DNA from: Candidatus Eiseniibacteriota bacterium
GTDB lineage: Bacteria; Eisenbacteria; RBG-16-71-46; SZUA-252
Direction of reading: 5' to 3'
NCBI GenBank assembly: GCA_963703225.1
Contig: OY969801.1
Span: forward strand, 896,001-960,000
Length of the DNA: 64,000 nucleotides
Shown here: positions 19,527-32,433 of the stretch, piece after piece
How the letters are laid out: each line of letters opens with the position of its first letter
How positions within the stretch are numbered: the first letter of the stretch is position 1
The notes under the pieces: model-generated
Told to the model about the DNA's origin: nothing
Database searches by the model: none
What the model saw: the letters and a program-made list of their open reading frames with translations, nothing else
Program-made: the position numbers and the translations under genes

Positions 19527-20009
19527 ATGTCCGTGGTCATTCGAATGAAACGCGCGGGCGCCAAGAAGCGCCCGTTCTTCCGCGTCGTCGTCACCGATTC
19601 GAGAAATCCGCGCGATGGGCGCTACATCGAGCAGCTCGGCTACTACGATCCCCTCACCAATCCCGCGACGTTCAAGATCGACGCCGATCGGTTCTCCGAG
19701 TGGATTCGCCGCGGCGCGCTGCCGTCGGAATCGGTCGGGGTGATGGTCGGGAAGCACGCGCCCGAGGCGCTCCGTCCCGCCCCCGCCGTACTCCCGATGG
19801 AGGAGCCCGCCCCCGTCACGGAGGAGAAGGCGCCGAAGCCGAAGAAGGCCAAGGCCGCCAAGACGAAGGCGGCGAAGACCAAAGCCGCCCGCAAGCCGAG
19901 GGCAGTGACCAAGGGCAGCGAGAAGAAGGCCAAGGGGCGCGCCAAGGCGAAGTCGCGGAAGGCGAGCGGCACGGCCAAGCCGAGGAAGGCCAAGAAGGCC
20001 AAGAAGTAG
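19527..20009 (+). CDS. rpsP: 30S ribosomal protein S16 with long Lys/Ala-rich C-terminal tail
   Basis: [38 protein letters not shown]. Confidence 0.95.
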   Translation: MSVVIRMKRAGAKKRPFFRVVVTDSRNPRDGRYIEQLGYYDPLTNPATFKIDADRFSEWIRRGALPSESVGVMVGKHAPEALRPAPAVLPMEEPAPVTEEKAPKPKKAKAAKTKAAKTKAARKPRAVTKGSEKKAKGRAKAKSRKASGTAKPRKAKKAKK

Positions 20010-20020
20010 GAGGCGCCATC

Positions 20021-20253
20021 GTGAAGGGTTTGATCGAATACTGCGCGCGCCGTCTCGTCGACCATCCCGAAGGGGTGCACGTCGACGAGCACGACACCGG
20101 CGAGACCACCGTGCTCACGCTTCGCGTCATGCCCGGGGGATCTCGGGCAAGGTGATCGGCCGCGAGGGGCGCACGGCCCAGGCCATGCGGCTTCTCCTCT
20201 CGGCGGCCGCAGCGTCCTCGGGGCGTCGCGCGACGCTCGAGATTGCCGACTGA
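20021..20253 (+). CDS. khpA: KH domain RNA-binding protein (KhpA/YlqC), frameshift near 20135
   Basis: LVDHPEGV..; DLGKVIGREGRTAQAMR in the shifted frame; position between rpsP and rimM. Confidence 0.85.
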
Positions 20254-20781
20254 GACCGGCGACGAGCCCGTCCTCGTCGGGATCATCGCGCGGGCGCACG
20301 GTCTCGGTGGAGAAGTCGTCGTGGATTCGTACAGCGACTCCCCCGACTCGTTACGCGGCTGGGGAGTGTCCTGGCCGCGGAGTTCCCCTCAGGGAAATCG
20401 GCCCGCTTCGTCGTCCTCACGTCGCGTCCGTTCCAAGACCGGCTCCTCGTTCGGTTCGAAGGCGTCTCGGATCGCACCCAGGCGGAGGCGCTCCACGGGG
20501 CCAACCTCACCATCCCGCGCCGCGACGTGGCGCCGTTGCCCGAAGGGCAGCACTACCGGTTCGAGCTGGTGGGGCTCACCGTGCATACGCGCGAAGGAGA
20601 GGAGATGGGCCAAATCGAGGATGTCTTCTCGACCGGGAGCAACGACGTCTTTGTGATTCGCGGCCCCGAGGGTGAGGTCTTGCTGCCGGCCACCGCCGAG
20701 GTGATCGTGGCGATCGACCTCGACGCCGGGACGATGACCGTCGCCCCGCCGCCGGGGCTCCCGGGCTGGAGCGACGACTGA
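20243..20781 (+). CDS. rimM: 16S rRNA processing protein, frameshifted
   Basis: VGIIARAHGLGGEV, LPEGQHYRFELVGL, TGSNDVFVI, LLPA; synteny. Confidence 0.88.
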
Positions 20782-20784
20782 GCC

Positions 20785-21526
20785 GTGCGCGTCTCGATCC
20801 TGACGCTCAATCCTGGGTTCTTTGAGGGCCCGCTCGGCGAGGGGATGATCCGGATCGGCCGGGAGAAGGGGAATCGTCGACGTGGCCCTGGTTCCCATCC
20901 GGGACTTCGCGACCGACCGCTACGGAACGACCGACGACTCGCCGTACGGGGGCGGCGCCGGGATGGTGATGAAGGCCGACACGATCGTGAGCGCGTGCGA
21001 GAGCGCCCGCGCCGCGAGTGGGGGGAAGGCGCGCGTTCTGGTGACCTCGCCCCAGGGCCGGCGGCTGACGCAAGCCTGGGTGCGCGAGCTCGCGCAGGAG
21101 GAGCACCTGATCGTGATTTCGGGGCGGTACAAGGGGATCGACGAGCGGGTGATCCCGATTCTGGAGGCGGAGGAGGTTTCGATCGGAGACTACGTGCTCT
21201 CGGGGGGAGAGGCGGCGGCGCTTGTGATCCTGGACGCCGTGACGAGGCTCCAGCCGGGGGTTCTGGGGGACGCGGGGTCGGCGGAGGCCGATTCGTTTTC
21301 GGAGGCGCTTTTGGACGCTCCCGTGTACACTCGCCCGGAAGATTTTCGCGGTCATCGAGTTCCCGAGATCCTGCTGGGCGGAAACCACGAGCAGATCAGG
21401 CTCTGGAGGCGCCGCGAGGCTCTCCGGCGAACCGCGACGCGGCGGCCCGACCTGCTCTCGGGCCGCGCGATGAGCGACGAAGACAAGAGACTCTTGGACG
21501 AGATAAAGAGGGAGGAAGGACGATGA
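20785..21526 (+). CDS. trmD: tRNA (guanine37-N1)-methyltransferase, frameshift near 20875
   Basis: [45 protein letters not shown]. Confidence 0.95.
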
Positions 21527-21885
21527 GTGTGTTGGAGCGGTTCGAAGCCCGGTTCAAGACCGACCGGACGCTGGACTTTGGGCCCGGCGACACGGTGCGT
21601 GTGCACGTGCGCGTGATCGAGGGAGAGAAGGAGCGCTCCCAGATCTTCCACGGGGTCGTCACGAACGTTCGCGGTAGCGGGATACGGTCGAGCTTCACCG
21701 TGAGGAAGGTCTCGGGCGGCATCGGCGTGGAGCGCACGTTTCCGCTTCACTCGCCGGCCGTCGCCAAGATCGAGCTGGCGCGGAAGGGAAAGGTGCGGCG
21801 CGCGAAGCTCTTCTACCTTCGTGGCAGGAGAGGAAAGGCGGCCAAAGTGGAAGAGCGGGACAAGCTCGGGGGCGATGGCGCGTAG
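21523..21885 (+). CDS. rplS: 50S ribosomal protein L19
   Basis: [51 protein letters not shown]. Confidence 0.97.
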   Translation: MSVLERFEARFKTDRTLDFGPGDTVRVHVRVIEGEKERSQIFHGVVTNVRGSGIRSSFTVRKVSGGIGVERTFPLHSPAVAKIELARKGKVRRAKLFYLRGRRGKAAKVEERDKLGGDGA

Positions 21886-22513
21886 GCGGCTCGCCCGCTT
21901 TGACGACGAGTACCGCGCGCGCTGGGGCGATCTCCTGGCAGGGATCGACGAGGCGGGCCGCGGGCCGCTTGCCGGCCCCGTGGTGGCGGCCTGCGTGGCC
22001 CTCCAGCCCGGAGCCAAGCTGCGCGGGGTGCAAGACTCCAAGACGCTGACCGCGCGGGAGCGCGACGAGGCGTCGGTCCGGATTCGTGGCGAAGCGGCAG
22101 GAGTCGGGGTGGGGATCGCGAGCGTCGCCGAGGTGGACGCGTTCAATATCCGCATGGCCACGCTGCTCGCCATGCGGCGGTCGCTGACGGCCCTGGGGCT
22201 CCAACCCCAGGGCCTTCTCGTCGACGGCCGGGATACGATTGGGGTGGAGCTTTCCTGCGAGGCGGTGATCGACGGCGACGCCAAGAGCCAGGCCGTCGCG
22301 GCCGCATCGATCGTGGCCAAGGTGACGCGCGACGCGCTCATGACCGAGGACGACGCGCGCTATCCGCTCTACGGCTTCTCCCAGAACAAGGGGTACGGCA
22401 CGCCGGAGCACCTGGAAGCGCTCCGGCTCCACGGACCCTGCTCCATCCATCGCAGGAGCTTCCGCCCCGTCCGGGAGCTCCTCTTCGTGCAGTGGGCGTT
22501 CGAGGGCTTCTGA
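21875..22513 (+). CDS. rnhB: ribonuclease HII
   Basis: [50 protein letters not shown]. Confidence 0.96.
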   Translation: MARRRLARFDDEYRARWGDLLAGIDEAGRGPLAGPVVAACVALQPGAKLRGVQDSKTLTARERDEASVRIRGEAAGVGVGIASVAEVDAFNIRMATLLAMRRSLTALGLQPQGLLVDGRDTIGVELSCEAVIDGDAKSQAVAAASIVAKVTRDALMTEDDARYPLYGFSQNKGYGTPEHLEALRLHGPCSIHRRSFRPVRELLFVQWAFEGF

Positions 22514-22528
22514 TCGGCGGGAGCGGGA

Positions 22529-22930
22529 ATGGGAAGGCTCAGGGCGGAGGAGTGGCGGGAGCGGGCGGCCCGCTGCGGGGAGCGGATCGCGGACGCGTTC
22601 TGCGCCCTGCGCGGATATGAAGTCATCGACCGAAATGTCCGGGAAGGGCGCGGCGAGATCGACCTGGTCGCGCTCGACCGAGAGACGGTCGTCTTCGTCG
22701 AGGTCAAGTTTCGGACGGGCCGCGATCACGCGGCTCCGTTGCTCGCCGTGAACTGGAAGAAGCGGGAGGACGTGGCAAGGACCGCCGCGCTCTATCTCTC
22801 GCGGCGCGGCCTAATCGGGCGCCCGGTACGTTTCGACGTGATCGGGATTACGTGGGGGACCGATGGATCGGAGCTCCGTGTCGAGCACGTCCCCAACGCG
22901 TTCCCCGGCGGCCGGCGCCAGTTCTTCTGA
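22529..22930 (+). CDS. YraN (UPF0102) family protein
   Basis: GEIDLVA, VFVEVK.R, RFDVI, HVPNAF. Confidence 0.9.
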   Translation: MGRLRAEEWRERAARCGERIADAFCALRGYEVIDRNVREGRGEIDLVALDRETVVFVEVKFRTGRDHAAPLLAVNWKKREDVARTAALYLSRRGLIGRPVRFDVIGITWGTDGSELRVEHVPNAFPGGRRQFF

Positions 22931-22949
22931 GCGCCGCGGCGCGAATCCC

Positions 22950-24083
22950 GTGTCGAAGCGGATCCTCATCCTCCACGTGCGCGCGGGCGCCGGCCACGAG
23001 CGCGCGGCCCGCGCGGTCGCCGTCGCGATCGAGCGGTTGGCACCCGGGACCGCCACCTCGGTCAACGACGCCCTCGATTTCTCGTCGCGGTTTCTCCGCA
23101 CGACCTATGCGTCCTCCTACAACCGCGTCGTCGCCCGGGCCCCCCGCGTCTGGGGCGTGGTCTACAAGCGCACGGCGCATCCCTACGATTCCTGGCGGCA
23201 GCGGCTCCGGACCTGGCTCGCCGTCTGGGGGAGCCCCGGCTACCAGGCGGTGATCGACCATTTTCGGCCTGAGGCGATCCTCTGCACCCAATTCCTGCCG
23301 GCGGAGGTTCTCGCGAGGTGGCGGGAAAAGTCGAAGCTCCAGGTCCCCGTCGCCACGGTGATCACCGACTTCGCGATCCATCCCGTCTGGGTCTATCGAG
23401 GGGTCGACCGCTATTTCGTCGCCACCGAGTCGGTACGGGAAGAGCTGATCGACACCGGGCTCGTTCCATCGGAGCGGATCGACGTGACCGGCGTGCCGAT
23501 CGATCCGCGCTTCGCGGTGCCGATCCCGAAAGCGGAGGCGCGCCGGCTTCTGGGCCTCGATCCCGATCCCTCGCGGCTCACGATCCTGCTCGTCGGCGGC
23601 GGATTTGGCTGGGGGCCGCTCCCGGGAATGCTCGAGGTGCTGCTGGAGCTGCCCACGAGCGTCCAAGCCCTCGTGATCGCCGGCAAGAACGACCGGCTTC
23701 GAGCGCGGCTCCACGAGATGGCGCGCGGCCACGGGCCCCGGATTCAGGTGCACGGATTCACCGACCAGATGGATCTCTTCATGGCGGCCTCCGACCTGAT
23801 CGTCGGAAAATCGGGAGGGCTCACGTCGAGCGAAGCGATGGCCCGCGGCGTTCCGCTCCTGGTCTACCGCCCGATCCCCGGGCAGGAGGAGCGAAACTGC
23901 GACTTCCTCCAAGAGAGCGGTTCCGCCGTTCGGGTCCACGACCTCGACGAGCTTCACTATCGCCTCCATCACTTCCTCGCGAACCCGGAGCATCTGGAGC
24001 GGATGCGGGAGCGGGCTTTCGCGATCGGCCGCCCCCGCTCGGCATTCGACGTGGCCCGAAAGCTCTTGGATATGGCGGGGTGA
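22950..24083 (+). CDS. GT28 glycosyltransferase, MGDG synthase/UgtP-like
   Basis: GAGHERAA, VITDF..HPVW, TGVPI, VGGGFG, GKSGGLTSSEA, PIPGQEERN. Confidence 0.85.
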   Translation: MSKRILILHVRAGAGHERAARAVAVAIERLAPGTATSVNDALDFSSRFLRTTYASSYNRVVARAPRVWGVVYKRTAHPYDSWRQRLRTWLAVWGSPGYQAVIDHFRPEAILCTQFLPAEVLARWREKSKLQVPVATVITDFAIHPVWVYRGVDRYFVATESVREELIDTGLVPSERIDVTGVPIDPRFAVPIPKAEARRLLGLDPDPSRLTILLVGGGFGWGPLPGMLEVLLELPTSVQALVIAGKNDRLRARLHEMARGHGPRIQVHGFTDQMDLFMAASDLIVGKSGGLTSSEAMARGVPLLVYRPIPGQEERNCDFLQESGSAVRVHDLDELHYRLHHFLANPEHLERMRERAFAIGRPRSAFDVARKLLDMAG

Positions 24084-24094
24084 AATGATAGGAT
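24066..24094 (+). promoter_or_regulatory. promoter of the cobO-meaB-mutase operon, likely leaderless
   Basis: TTGGAT(24066-71)-N17-TAGGAT(24089-94) with extended TG; ATG at 24101, no SD. Confidence 0.55.
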
Positions 24095-24100
24095 GCTTCA

Positions 24101-24685
24101 ATGGGTGCGACCGTCGCAAGTGACAGCGCCACAGAGGGATCGGCCGATCCGGTAGAAGCCCGAGAGACCCGCACGGGGGTCCTCCTCGTCATCACCGGGA
24201 ACGGGAAGGGAAAGACGACCTCCGGCTTTGGCGCGGCCCTCCGCGCGCTCGGCCACGGTTTCCGGGTTGCCGTCATCCAATTCATGAAGGGGCGGATCTA
24301 CGGCGAGCTGGAGGTCCTCCGGTCGCTCCCCGGCGTCGAGGTTTGGCAATTTGGTCGCAATGTCTTTGTCGACCCCAAGAATCTCGATCCGCGCGACGTG
24401 GCGCTCGCGCGCCAGGGCATGGACAAGGCGTGGGAGGTGGTGCGCGGGGGCCAGCACGATCTGCTCATCCTGGACGAGATCAACGTCGTGGCCGACTTTG
24501 GGCTCGTGCCGGTCGCCGAGGTGCTCGAGCTCGCCCGCTCGCGGCCGCGCTGGATGGATCTGATCGCGACCGGGCGGAACGCGCCCGCGCCGCTGATTGA
24601 ATTGGCCGACACCGTGAGCGAAGTGCGCGAGATCAAGCATCACTACAAGAAGGGCATCGAGTCGCGCGCCGGGATGGAGTATTGA
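24101..24685 (+). CDS. cobO: cob(I)alamin adenosyltransferase (CobO/BtuR type)
   Basis: TGNGKGKTT, IQFMKG, ILDEIN, TGRNAP, ADTVSE, KHHY..G. Confidence 0.92.
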   Translation: MGATVASDSATEGSADPVEARETRTGVLLVITGNGKGKTTSGFGAALRALGHGFRVAVIQFMKGRIYGELEVLRSLPGVEVWQFGRNVFVDPKNLDPRDVALARQGMDKAWEVVRGGQHDLLILDEINVVADFGLVPVAEVLELARSRPRWMDLIATGRNAPAPLIELADTVSEVREIKHHYKKGIESRAGMEY

Positions 24686-25656
24686 CGCCAACGGCCGCTC
24701 CGGGCGTTTCGACCCTCGCCGATGACGTGCTTCGCGGAGACCCGCGGGCGGCGGCCCGCGCGATGAGCTGGATCGAAAACGGGGCGGCCGACGCTGAGGC
24801 GCTCCTCGACGCCGTGTATGGAAAGAAGCCGGCGGCGCCGCGGGTCGGGATCACGGGACCTCCGGGCGCCGGCAAGAGCACGCTGGTCGCGGAATACGCA
24901 AGGCTGCTCCGTGGGGAAGGCCTCCGGGTGGGGGTGGTCGCGGTCGATCCGACCAGCCCGTTCACCGGTGGCGCGATCCTGGGGGACCGGGTCCGGATGG
25001 GAGAGCACGCCACCGACCCGGAGGTGTTCATCCGCAGCATGGCGACCCGGGGAAGCCTCGGGGGGCTGGCCGCGCGCACCGGAGATCTCTGTGAGATCCT
25101 CGATGCCTGGGGCAGCCAGACCACGCTCATCGAGACGGTGGGCGTGGGGCAGTCGGAGCTGGACGTGGCCGAAACCGCGGACACCGTCGCCGTCGTGCTG
25201 ACGCCGGAGTCGGGGGACGCGATCCAGGCGCTCAAGGCCGGCCTCATGGAGATCGCCGACGTGATCGTTCTCAATAAGGCCGATCATGTGGGGGTCGACG
25301 CGATGGAGGCGGCGCTCCGCTCCTCGCTCGCGTTCCGGAAGGACGGCGGCTGGCGGCCGCCGATCGTGCGGACCATCGCCATCGAGCGGGCGGGGATCGG
25401 TGCGATGCATCAAGCGCTGCTCGAGCATCGCGCGTACGCGGCGAGGCCCGAGGTGTCGGGTCCGATCCGGCGAAAGAAGACCCGGTTGCGGCTTCGAAAC
25501 GCGGTGCGCGAGGAGCTGCTGGAGGCGTGTCTGACCGGCCGGGGGCTCGAGGCCGAGCTGGAGCGCGCGGTGGAGCGCGTCGTGCGGGGCGAGGTTTCGC
25601 CGCACCGCGCGGCTCGCGACCTGATGGAAAGGATGATTCCACATGGCGAACGGTAA
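24682..25656 (+). CDS. meaB: acyl-CoA mutase GTPase chaperone MeaB/ArgK
   Basis: [51 protein letters not shown]. Confidence 0.95.
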   Translation: MTPTAAPGVSTLADDVLRGDPRAAARAMSWIENGAADAEALLDAVYGKKPAAPRVGITGPPGAGKSTLVAEYARLLRGEGLRVGVVAVDPTSPFTGGAILGDRVRMGEHATDPEVFIRSMATRGSLGGLAARTGDLCEILDAWGSQTTLIETVGVGQSELDVAETADTVAVVLTPESGDAIQALKAGLMEIADVIVLNKADHVGVDAMEAALRSSLAFRKDGGWRPPIVRTIAIERAGIGAMHQALLEHRAYAARPEVSGPIRRKKTRLRLRNAVREELLEACLTGRGLEAELERAVERVVRGEVSPHRAARDLMERMIPHGER

Positions 25657-27318
25657 GACCGGAATGACCGCCGCGAAGGCGCTGCGAAATTTGCCGCGGA
25701 AAGCGGCGAAGCCGGAGGAGGCCGGGTACCCGCCCAAGGCGTTCTTCGAGACCCTCTCCGGCATCCCCGTGAAGCCGCTCTACACGGGTGCCGATATTCC
25801 CGCCGACCGGGAGGCCAGCGTCGGCCGTCCCGGCGAATTTCCGTTCACGCGCGGCCTCCACCCGGAGATGTACCGGACCCGTCTCTGGACGATGCGCCAG
25901 TTCGCGGGGTTCGGCACCGCCGAGCACACGAACCAGCGCTTCCATTACCTCCTGGCCCAGGGAATGACGGGGCTCTCCACCGCGTTCGACATGCCCACCC
26001 TGATGGGATACGACCCCGACCACCCGATGTCCCTGGGCGAAGTCGGCCGCGAGGGCGTGGCGGTCTCCTCGCTCGAGGACATGGAGATCCTCTTCCGGGG
26101 CATCCCGCTCGACGAGGTCACCACCTCGATGACGATCAACGCGCCGGCGGTCGTTCTGCTCGCGATGTACGTCGCCGTGGCGGAGAAGCAGGGGCATTCC
26201 GCCCGAGAAGCTCGGCGGGACCCTCCAGGCCGACATGCTGAAGGAGTTCATCGCGCAGAAGGAGTGGATCGTTCCGCCCCGGCCCTCGGTCAAGATCTGC
26301 GTCGACATGATCGAGTGGTGCGCGCGAGCACATGCCGAAGTGGAACTCGATCTCGATCAGCGGCTACCACATCCGCGAGGCGGGCGCGACCGCCGTTCAG
26401 GAGCTGGCGTTCACCATCGCGGACGGCATCGGCTACGTCGAGGAGTGCGTGAAGCGCGGAATGGATGTCGACGACTTCGCGCCGCGGCTCTCCTTCTTCT
26501 GGGACGTGCACAACGACTTCTTCGAGGAGATCGCCAAGTTCCGCGCGGGGCGGCGCATCTGGGCCACCCTCATGCGCGACCGCTTCCACGCCAAGAATCC
26601 GCGGAGCTGGCAGCTCCGCACCCACGCGCAGACCGCGGGGGTCTCGCTGACGGCGCAGCAGCCGCTCAACAACGTCGCCCGGGTGGCGCTCCAGGCTCTG
26701 GCCGCGGTCCTGGGCGGGACGCAGTCGCTCCACACCAACTCCATGGACGAGACGCTCGCGCTTCCCACCGAGGAGGCGGCGACGGTCGCGCTCCGCACCC
26801 AGCAGATCATCGCGTACGAGTCGGGCGTCGTGGGCACGCCCGATCCGCTCGGCGGCTCCTATTTCGTGGAGGCCCTCACCGATCGGGTCGAAGAGGAGGC
26901 GCTCCGCTACATCCGGCGCATCGACGAGATGGGCGGCATCATCACGGCGGTGGAGCGCGGATATCCCCAGAAGGAGATCGCCAACTCCGCGTACAAGTTC
27001 CAGCAGCAGGTGGAGCGTGAGGATCGGATCATCGTCGGGATGAATCGGTTCGTCTCCGACGAGGAGGTGGCGATCCCCGTGCTCAAGATCGATCCAGAGA
27101 TCGAGCGGCGGCAGATCGAGCGGACCCGCGCGGTCCGCGCGAAGCGCGACGCCGCGGCCTACGGTCGGGCCATGGGCGCGCTCCGGGACGCGTGCATGAG
27201 CAAGAAGAACCTGGTGCCGTTCGTGCTCGACGCGGTCCGCGCGTACGCCACGCTCGGCGAGGTCAGCGATGTCTTCCGGGAAGCCTACGGCGTCTACCGG
27301 GAGCCCGCGGTCTTCTAG
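25643..27318 (+). CDS. B12-dependent acyl-CoA mutase large subunit, isobutyryl-CoA mutase-type; indels near 26200 and 26330
   Basis: WTMRQFAGF (Phe), [12 protein letters not shown] (Gln), [27 protein letters not shown]; no B12-binding domain. Confidence 0.85.
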
Positions 27319-27338
27319 CGGCGGAGGGAGCGAAGCTC

Positions 27339-27776
27339 GTGCGAAAGATCCGCGTGCTGGTGGCGAAGGCGGGCCTCGACGGCCACGACCGCGGGGCCAA
27401 GGTGGTCGCCAGCGCCATGCGCGACGCCGGCTTCGAGGTGATCTACACCGGCCTCCACCAGACGCCGGAGATGATCGTCCAGGCCGCCGTCCAGGAGGAC
27501 GTCGACGCCGTGGCCTTGTCGATCCTCTCGGGCGCGCACATGACCCTCTTCCCCCGCGTGCTCACGCTGATGCGGGAGCGGGGAATCCCGGACACGCTCT
27601 TGACCGGCGGCGGGATCATCTCGAAGGAGGACATGGCCGCGCTCCAGTCCCAGGGCGTCGGGGAGCTGTTCGGCCCGGGGACATCCACCGTCGCGATCAT
27701 CGAGTATGTCCGCGACTGGGTGGCCAAGCACCGCGCGCCCAAGGTGGCCGAGGCCAAGGGAGCGAGGGCGCGGTGA
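27339..27776 (+). CDS. cobalamin-binding small subunit of acyl-CoA mutase
   Basis: [13 protein letters not shown] (DxHxxG), SILSGAH, GGII, FGPGT. Confidence 0.93.
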   Translation: MRKIRVLVAKAGLDGHDRGAKVVASAMRDAGFEVIYTGLHQTPEMIVQAAVQEDVDAVALSILSGAHMTLFPRVLTLMRERGIPDTLLTGGGIISKEDMAALQSQGVGELFGPGTSTVAIIEYVRDWVAKHRAPKVAEAKGARAR

Positions 27777-27792
27777 ATCGCGGAGGGGACCG

Positions 27793-28509
27793 GTGAACAA
27801 GGTCGTCAAGGACGCCACGGAGGCGCTCGAACGGGCCGGGATCCAGGACGGCGCGACGATCGTCCTGGGAGGCTTCGGCCTCTGCGGGATTCCGGAAAAC
27901 CTGATCCTCGCGCTCCGGGAGTCGGGCGTGAAGAACCTCACCTGCGTCTCGAACAACGCGGGGGTGGATGACTGGGGTTTGGGGCTTTTGCTCAAGACCC
28001 GGCAGATCAAGAAGATGATCTCGAGCTACGTTGGCGAGAACCAAACCTTCGAGCGCCAGTACCTGGACGGCGAGCTGGAGGTGGAGCTGGTCCCCCAGGG
28101 GACGCTGGCGGAGCGGGTGCGCGCCGGCGGCGCCGGGATCGGCGGGTTCTACACGCCGACGGGCGTGGGGACGATGGTGGCGGAAGGGAAGGAGACCCGG
28201 GTCATCTCGGGCCGGGAATACGTGCTCGAAATGCCGATTCGGGGCGACTTCGCATTCGTCAAGGCGTGGAAGGGCGACCAGACGGGGAATCTCCTCTACC
28301 GGATGTCGGCGAGGAACTTCAATCCGATGGCCGCCACCGCGGGCAATGTCACGCTCGCCGAGGTGGAGCATCTCGTGCCGGCCGGCGGGATCGAGCCCGA
28401 CCAAGTGGTGACGCCGGGCATTTTCGTCGACTGCATTTTCCAGGGGATCTATGGACCCAAGCGAATCGAAAAGAGAACGAATCGTCCGGCGGGCGGCGCT
28501 CGAGCTTAA
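27793..28509 (+). CDS. scoA: 3-oxoacid CoA-transferase subunit A
   Basis: [46 protein letters not shown]. Confidence 0.92.
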   Translation: MNKVVKDATEALERAGIQDGATIVLGGFGLCGIPENLILALRESGVKNLTCVSNNAGVDDWGLGLLLKTRQIKKMISSYVGENQTFERQYLDGELEVELVPQGTLAERVRAGGAGIGGFYTPTGVGTMVAEGKETRVISGREYVLEMPIRGDFAFVKAWKGDQTGNLLYRMSARNFNPMAATAGNVTLAEVEHLVPAGGIEPDQVVTPGIFVDCIFQGIYGPKRIEKRTNRPAGGARA

Positions 28510-29113
28510 GGACGGCTTTTACGTCAATCTCGGGATCGGCATGCCGACCCTGGTGGCGAACTACATCCCACCCGGGATGGACGTGATCTTGCAGTCCGAG
28601 AACGGCGTGCTCGGCGTGGGGCCGTACCCGGAGGAGGGGAAAGAGGACGCCGATCTGATCAACGCCGGGAAGGAGACGATCACGGTCCTTCCGGGGGCCT
28701 CCTTCTTCTCGAGCGCCGACTCCTTCGCGATGGTTCGAGGGGGGCACGTCGACCTCACGATCCTCGGGGCGATGGAGGTGGACCAAGAGGGCAACCTGGC
28801 GAATTGGATGATCCCTGGAAAGATGGTGAAAGGGATGGGTGGTGCCATGGACCTTGTGGCCGGCGCGAAGCGGGTGGTGGTCACCATGCTCCACACCGCG
28901 AAGGACGGCGCCTCGAAGGTTCTCAAGAAGTGCGCGCTTCCCCTGACGGGGCGAAAGGTGGTCGACCTGATCATCACCGACCTCGCCGTCATGGAAGTCG
29001 CGCATGAGGGGCTCAAACTGGTCGAGCGGGCGCCCGGCGTCTCGGTGGACGAGATCATCAAGGCGACCGAAGCCGAGCTCCTGATCGACGAAGTCTGCGA
29101 GATGCCGGTATGA
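28451..29113 (+). CDS. scoB: 3-oxoacid CoA-transferase subunit B
   Basis: [37 protein letters not shown]. Confidence 0.92.
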   Translation: MDPSESKRERIVRRAALELKDGFYVNLGIGMPTLVANYIPPGMDVILQSENGVLGVGPYPEEGKEDADLINAGKETITVLPGASFFSSADSFAMVRGGHVDLTILGAMEVDQEGNLANWMIPGKMVKGMGGAMDLVAGAKRVVVTMLHTAKDGASKVLKKCALPLTGRKVVDLIITDLAVMEVAHEGLKLVERAPGVSVDEIIKATEAELLIDEVCEMPV

Positions 29114-29129
29114 CCGGCGAAAGGATCCG

Positions 29130-30323
29130 ATGCCGACCATGACCGGGACTCGCAAGGACGAGATCTACGATCTCACGGATGAGCAGTGCGAGTGGCGCGA
29201 CACCCTCCGCGAATTCGCCGATGGCGAGATCGCCCCGGGCGCCGCGCGGCTCGACGACGCGGGCGAGTTTCCCTGGGACAACGTCAAGAAGATGGCCGAC
29301 CTCGGCCTCTTTGGGATCATCTTCCCGGAGCAGTACGGCGGGGGCGGCTTTGGCACCCTGGAATACGTGCTCGCGGTGGAGGAGATCTCGAGGGCCTGCG
29401 CCTCCACCGGAATCACCCTCGCCGCCCACGTCTCCCTCGGCACGTGGCCGATCTTCAATTTCGGGACCGAGGATCAGAAGCGGCGCTACCTTCCGGCGCT
29501 CTGCTCCGGCGAGCGTCTCGCGGCCTTCGGGCTCACCGAGCCCGAGGCGGGGAGCGATGCCGGCGGGACGAAGACCCGCGCCGTGCTGGACGGGCCGGGC
29601 TACACGATCAACGGTCGAAAGATCTACATCACCAATGGCTCGGTCTGCGGCACGGCGGTTTTCACCGCGGTGACGACGCCCGGGATCGGCGTGAAGGGGA
29701 TCTCGTCCTTCATCGTGGAGAAGGGGGCGCCTGGCTTCACCGCGGGGACCCGCGAGAAGAAGCTGGGGCATCGCGCCAGCGATACGGTGGAGCTGATCTT
29801 CGACAACCTGAAGCTTCCCAAGGAAAACATGCTCGGCCCGGAGGGTGGCGGCTTCAAGCAGTTCATGATGACCCTCGACGGCGGCCGGATCTCGATCGGG
29901 GCCATGTCGCTCGGCATCGCCCAGGCCGCGCTCGACGCCGCGGTGAAGTACGCGAAGGAGCGACGTCAGTTCGGCCGCTCGATCGCGGACTTCCAGGCGA
30001 TCCAGCTCCTCCTGGCCGACATGGTCACCGAGCTCGAGGCCGCCCGGCTCTTGGTCTACCAGACGGCCCGGCTCAAGGACCGCGGGCAGCCGTTCACCCG
30101 CTACGCCGCGATGGCCAAGCTCAAGGCATCCACCGTGGCGATGCGGGCCGCCGATTCGGCCGTGCAGATTCACGGTGGTGCCGGGTACATGACCGATCAT
30201 CCCGTGGAGCGCTACTTCCGCGACGCCAAGCTCATGGAGATCGGAGAGGGCACGTCGCAGATCCAGAAGCTGATCATCGCCAGAGAACTCTTGCGCGAGG
30301 CGGGGTACAAGGTCGGCTCCTAG
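29130..30323 (+). CDS. acyl-CoA dehydrogenase (short/branched-chain)
   Basis: [55 protein letters not shown]. Confidence 0.93.
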   Translation: MPTMTGTRKDEIYDLTDEQCEWRDTLREFADGEIAPGAARLDDAGEFPWDNVKKMADLGLFGIIFPEQYGGGGFGTLEYVLAVEEISRACASTGITLAAHVSLGTWPIFNFGTEDQKRRYLPALCSGERLAAFGLTEPEAGSDAGGTKTRAVLDGPGYTINGRKIYITNGSVCGTAVFTAVTTPGIGVKGISSFIVEKGAPGFTAGTREKKLGHRASDTVELIFDNLKLPKENMLGPEGGGFKQFMMTLDGGRISIGAMSLGIAQAALDAAVKYAKERRQFGRSIADFQAIQLLLADMVTELEAARLLVYQTARLKDRGQPFTRYAAMAKLKASTVAMRAADSAVQIHGGAGYMTDHPVERYFRDAKLMEIGEGTSQIQKLIIARELLREAGYKVGS

Positions 30324-30366
30324 TCGGACGCCTGAGACGCCGCATCGCATCGGAAGGAGAAGGAAC

Positions 30367-31553
<1,187 letters not shown>

Positions 31554-31554
<1 letters not shown>

Positions 31555-32417
31555 TGCCGACAGCGATCGCGACCCGGCCGGTGGTCGTGGTCGGGGCGGG
31601 GACGATGGGAAGCGGGATCGCCCAGGTCTTCGCGGCCTCGGGGCGGCAGGTCTTGCTGCTCGATCCCGTGGAGGCGGCACTCCAGAAGGGCCTGGGCGTG
31701 ATCCAGAAGAGCCTCGGCCGCCTCGTCGACAAGGGCACATTGGACTCGGGCGCGCGCGAGGAGACCCTCAAGCGGATCGTGACCCGCGAAGCGGGATTTC
31801 CGTTCGCCGAGTGCGCCATCGCGGTGGAGGCGGTCCCCGAGCGGCCTGAGATCAAGAAGAGCGTCTTTCAGACGCTCGACGAAAAGCTACCGCCCCACGC
31901 GATCCTCGCGACGAACACCTCCTCGATCTCCGTGACGGAGCTCGCGGCGTCCACGCGCCGCCCGGCGCGGTTCGTCGGAATGCACTTCATGAATCCGGTT
32001 CCGGTCATGCAGCTGGTCGAGATTGTCCGCGGCCTGGAGACGAGCGACGAGACCGTGAACGAGACGGTGGAGCTGGCCAAGGCGCTCGGCAAGGTGCCGG
32101 TGGTCGTGGCCGACCGGCCGGGGTTCGTGAGCAATCGCGTCCTCATGCCGATGATCAACGAAGCGGCGTTCGCGCTCATGGAAGGCGTCGCCGAGCGCGA
32201 GGCCATCGACACGGTGATGAAGCTCGGGATGAACCACCCGATGGGCCCGTTGGCCCTGGCCGATCTGATCGGAATCGACGTCTGCCTCGATATCATGGAA
32301 GTCCTGCGCAATGGGTTCGGGGACTCCAAGTACCGGCCCTGCCCCCTGCTGCGCACGATGGTGGCGGCGGGACGCCTCGGACGAAAGACGGGCCGCGGCT
32401 TCTACGAGTATCCCTGA
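31554..32417 (+). CDS. hbd: 3-hydroxybutyryl-CoA dehydrogenase
   Basis: GAGTMGSGIA, ATNTSS, GMHFMNPVP, PGFVSNR, HPMGPL.LAD, LGRKTGRGFY. Confidence 0.92.
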
Positions 32418-32433
32418 CCCCAGAGACGGACCC

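Noticed and set aside
20785..21885. Apparent TrmD-L19 fusion ORF
   Set aside because: Artefact of an indel near 20875; trmD continues in another frame and rplS has its own SD and ATG at 21523.
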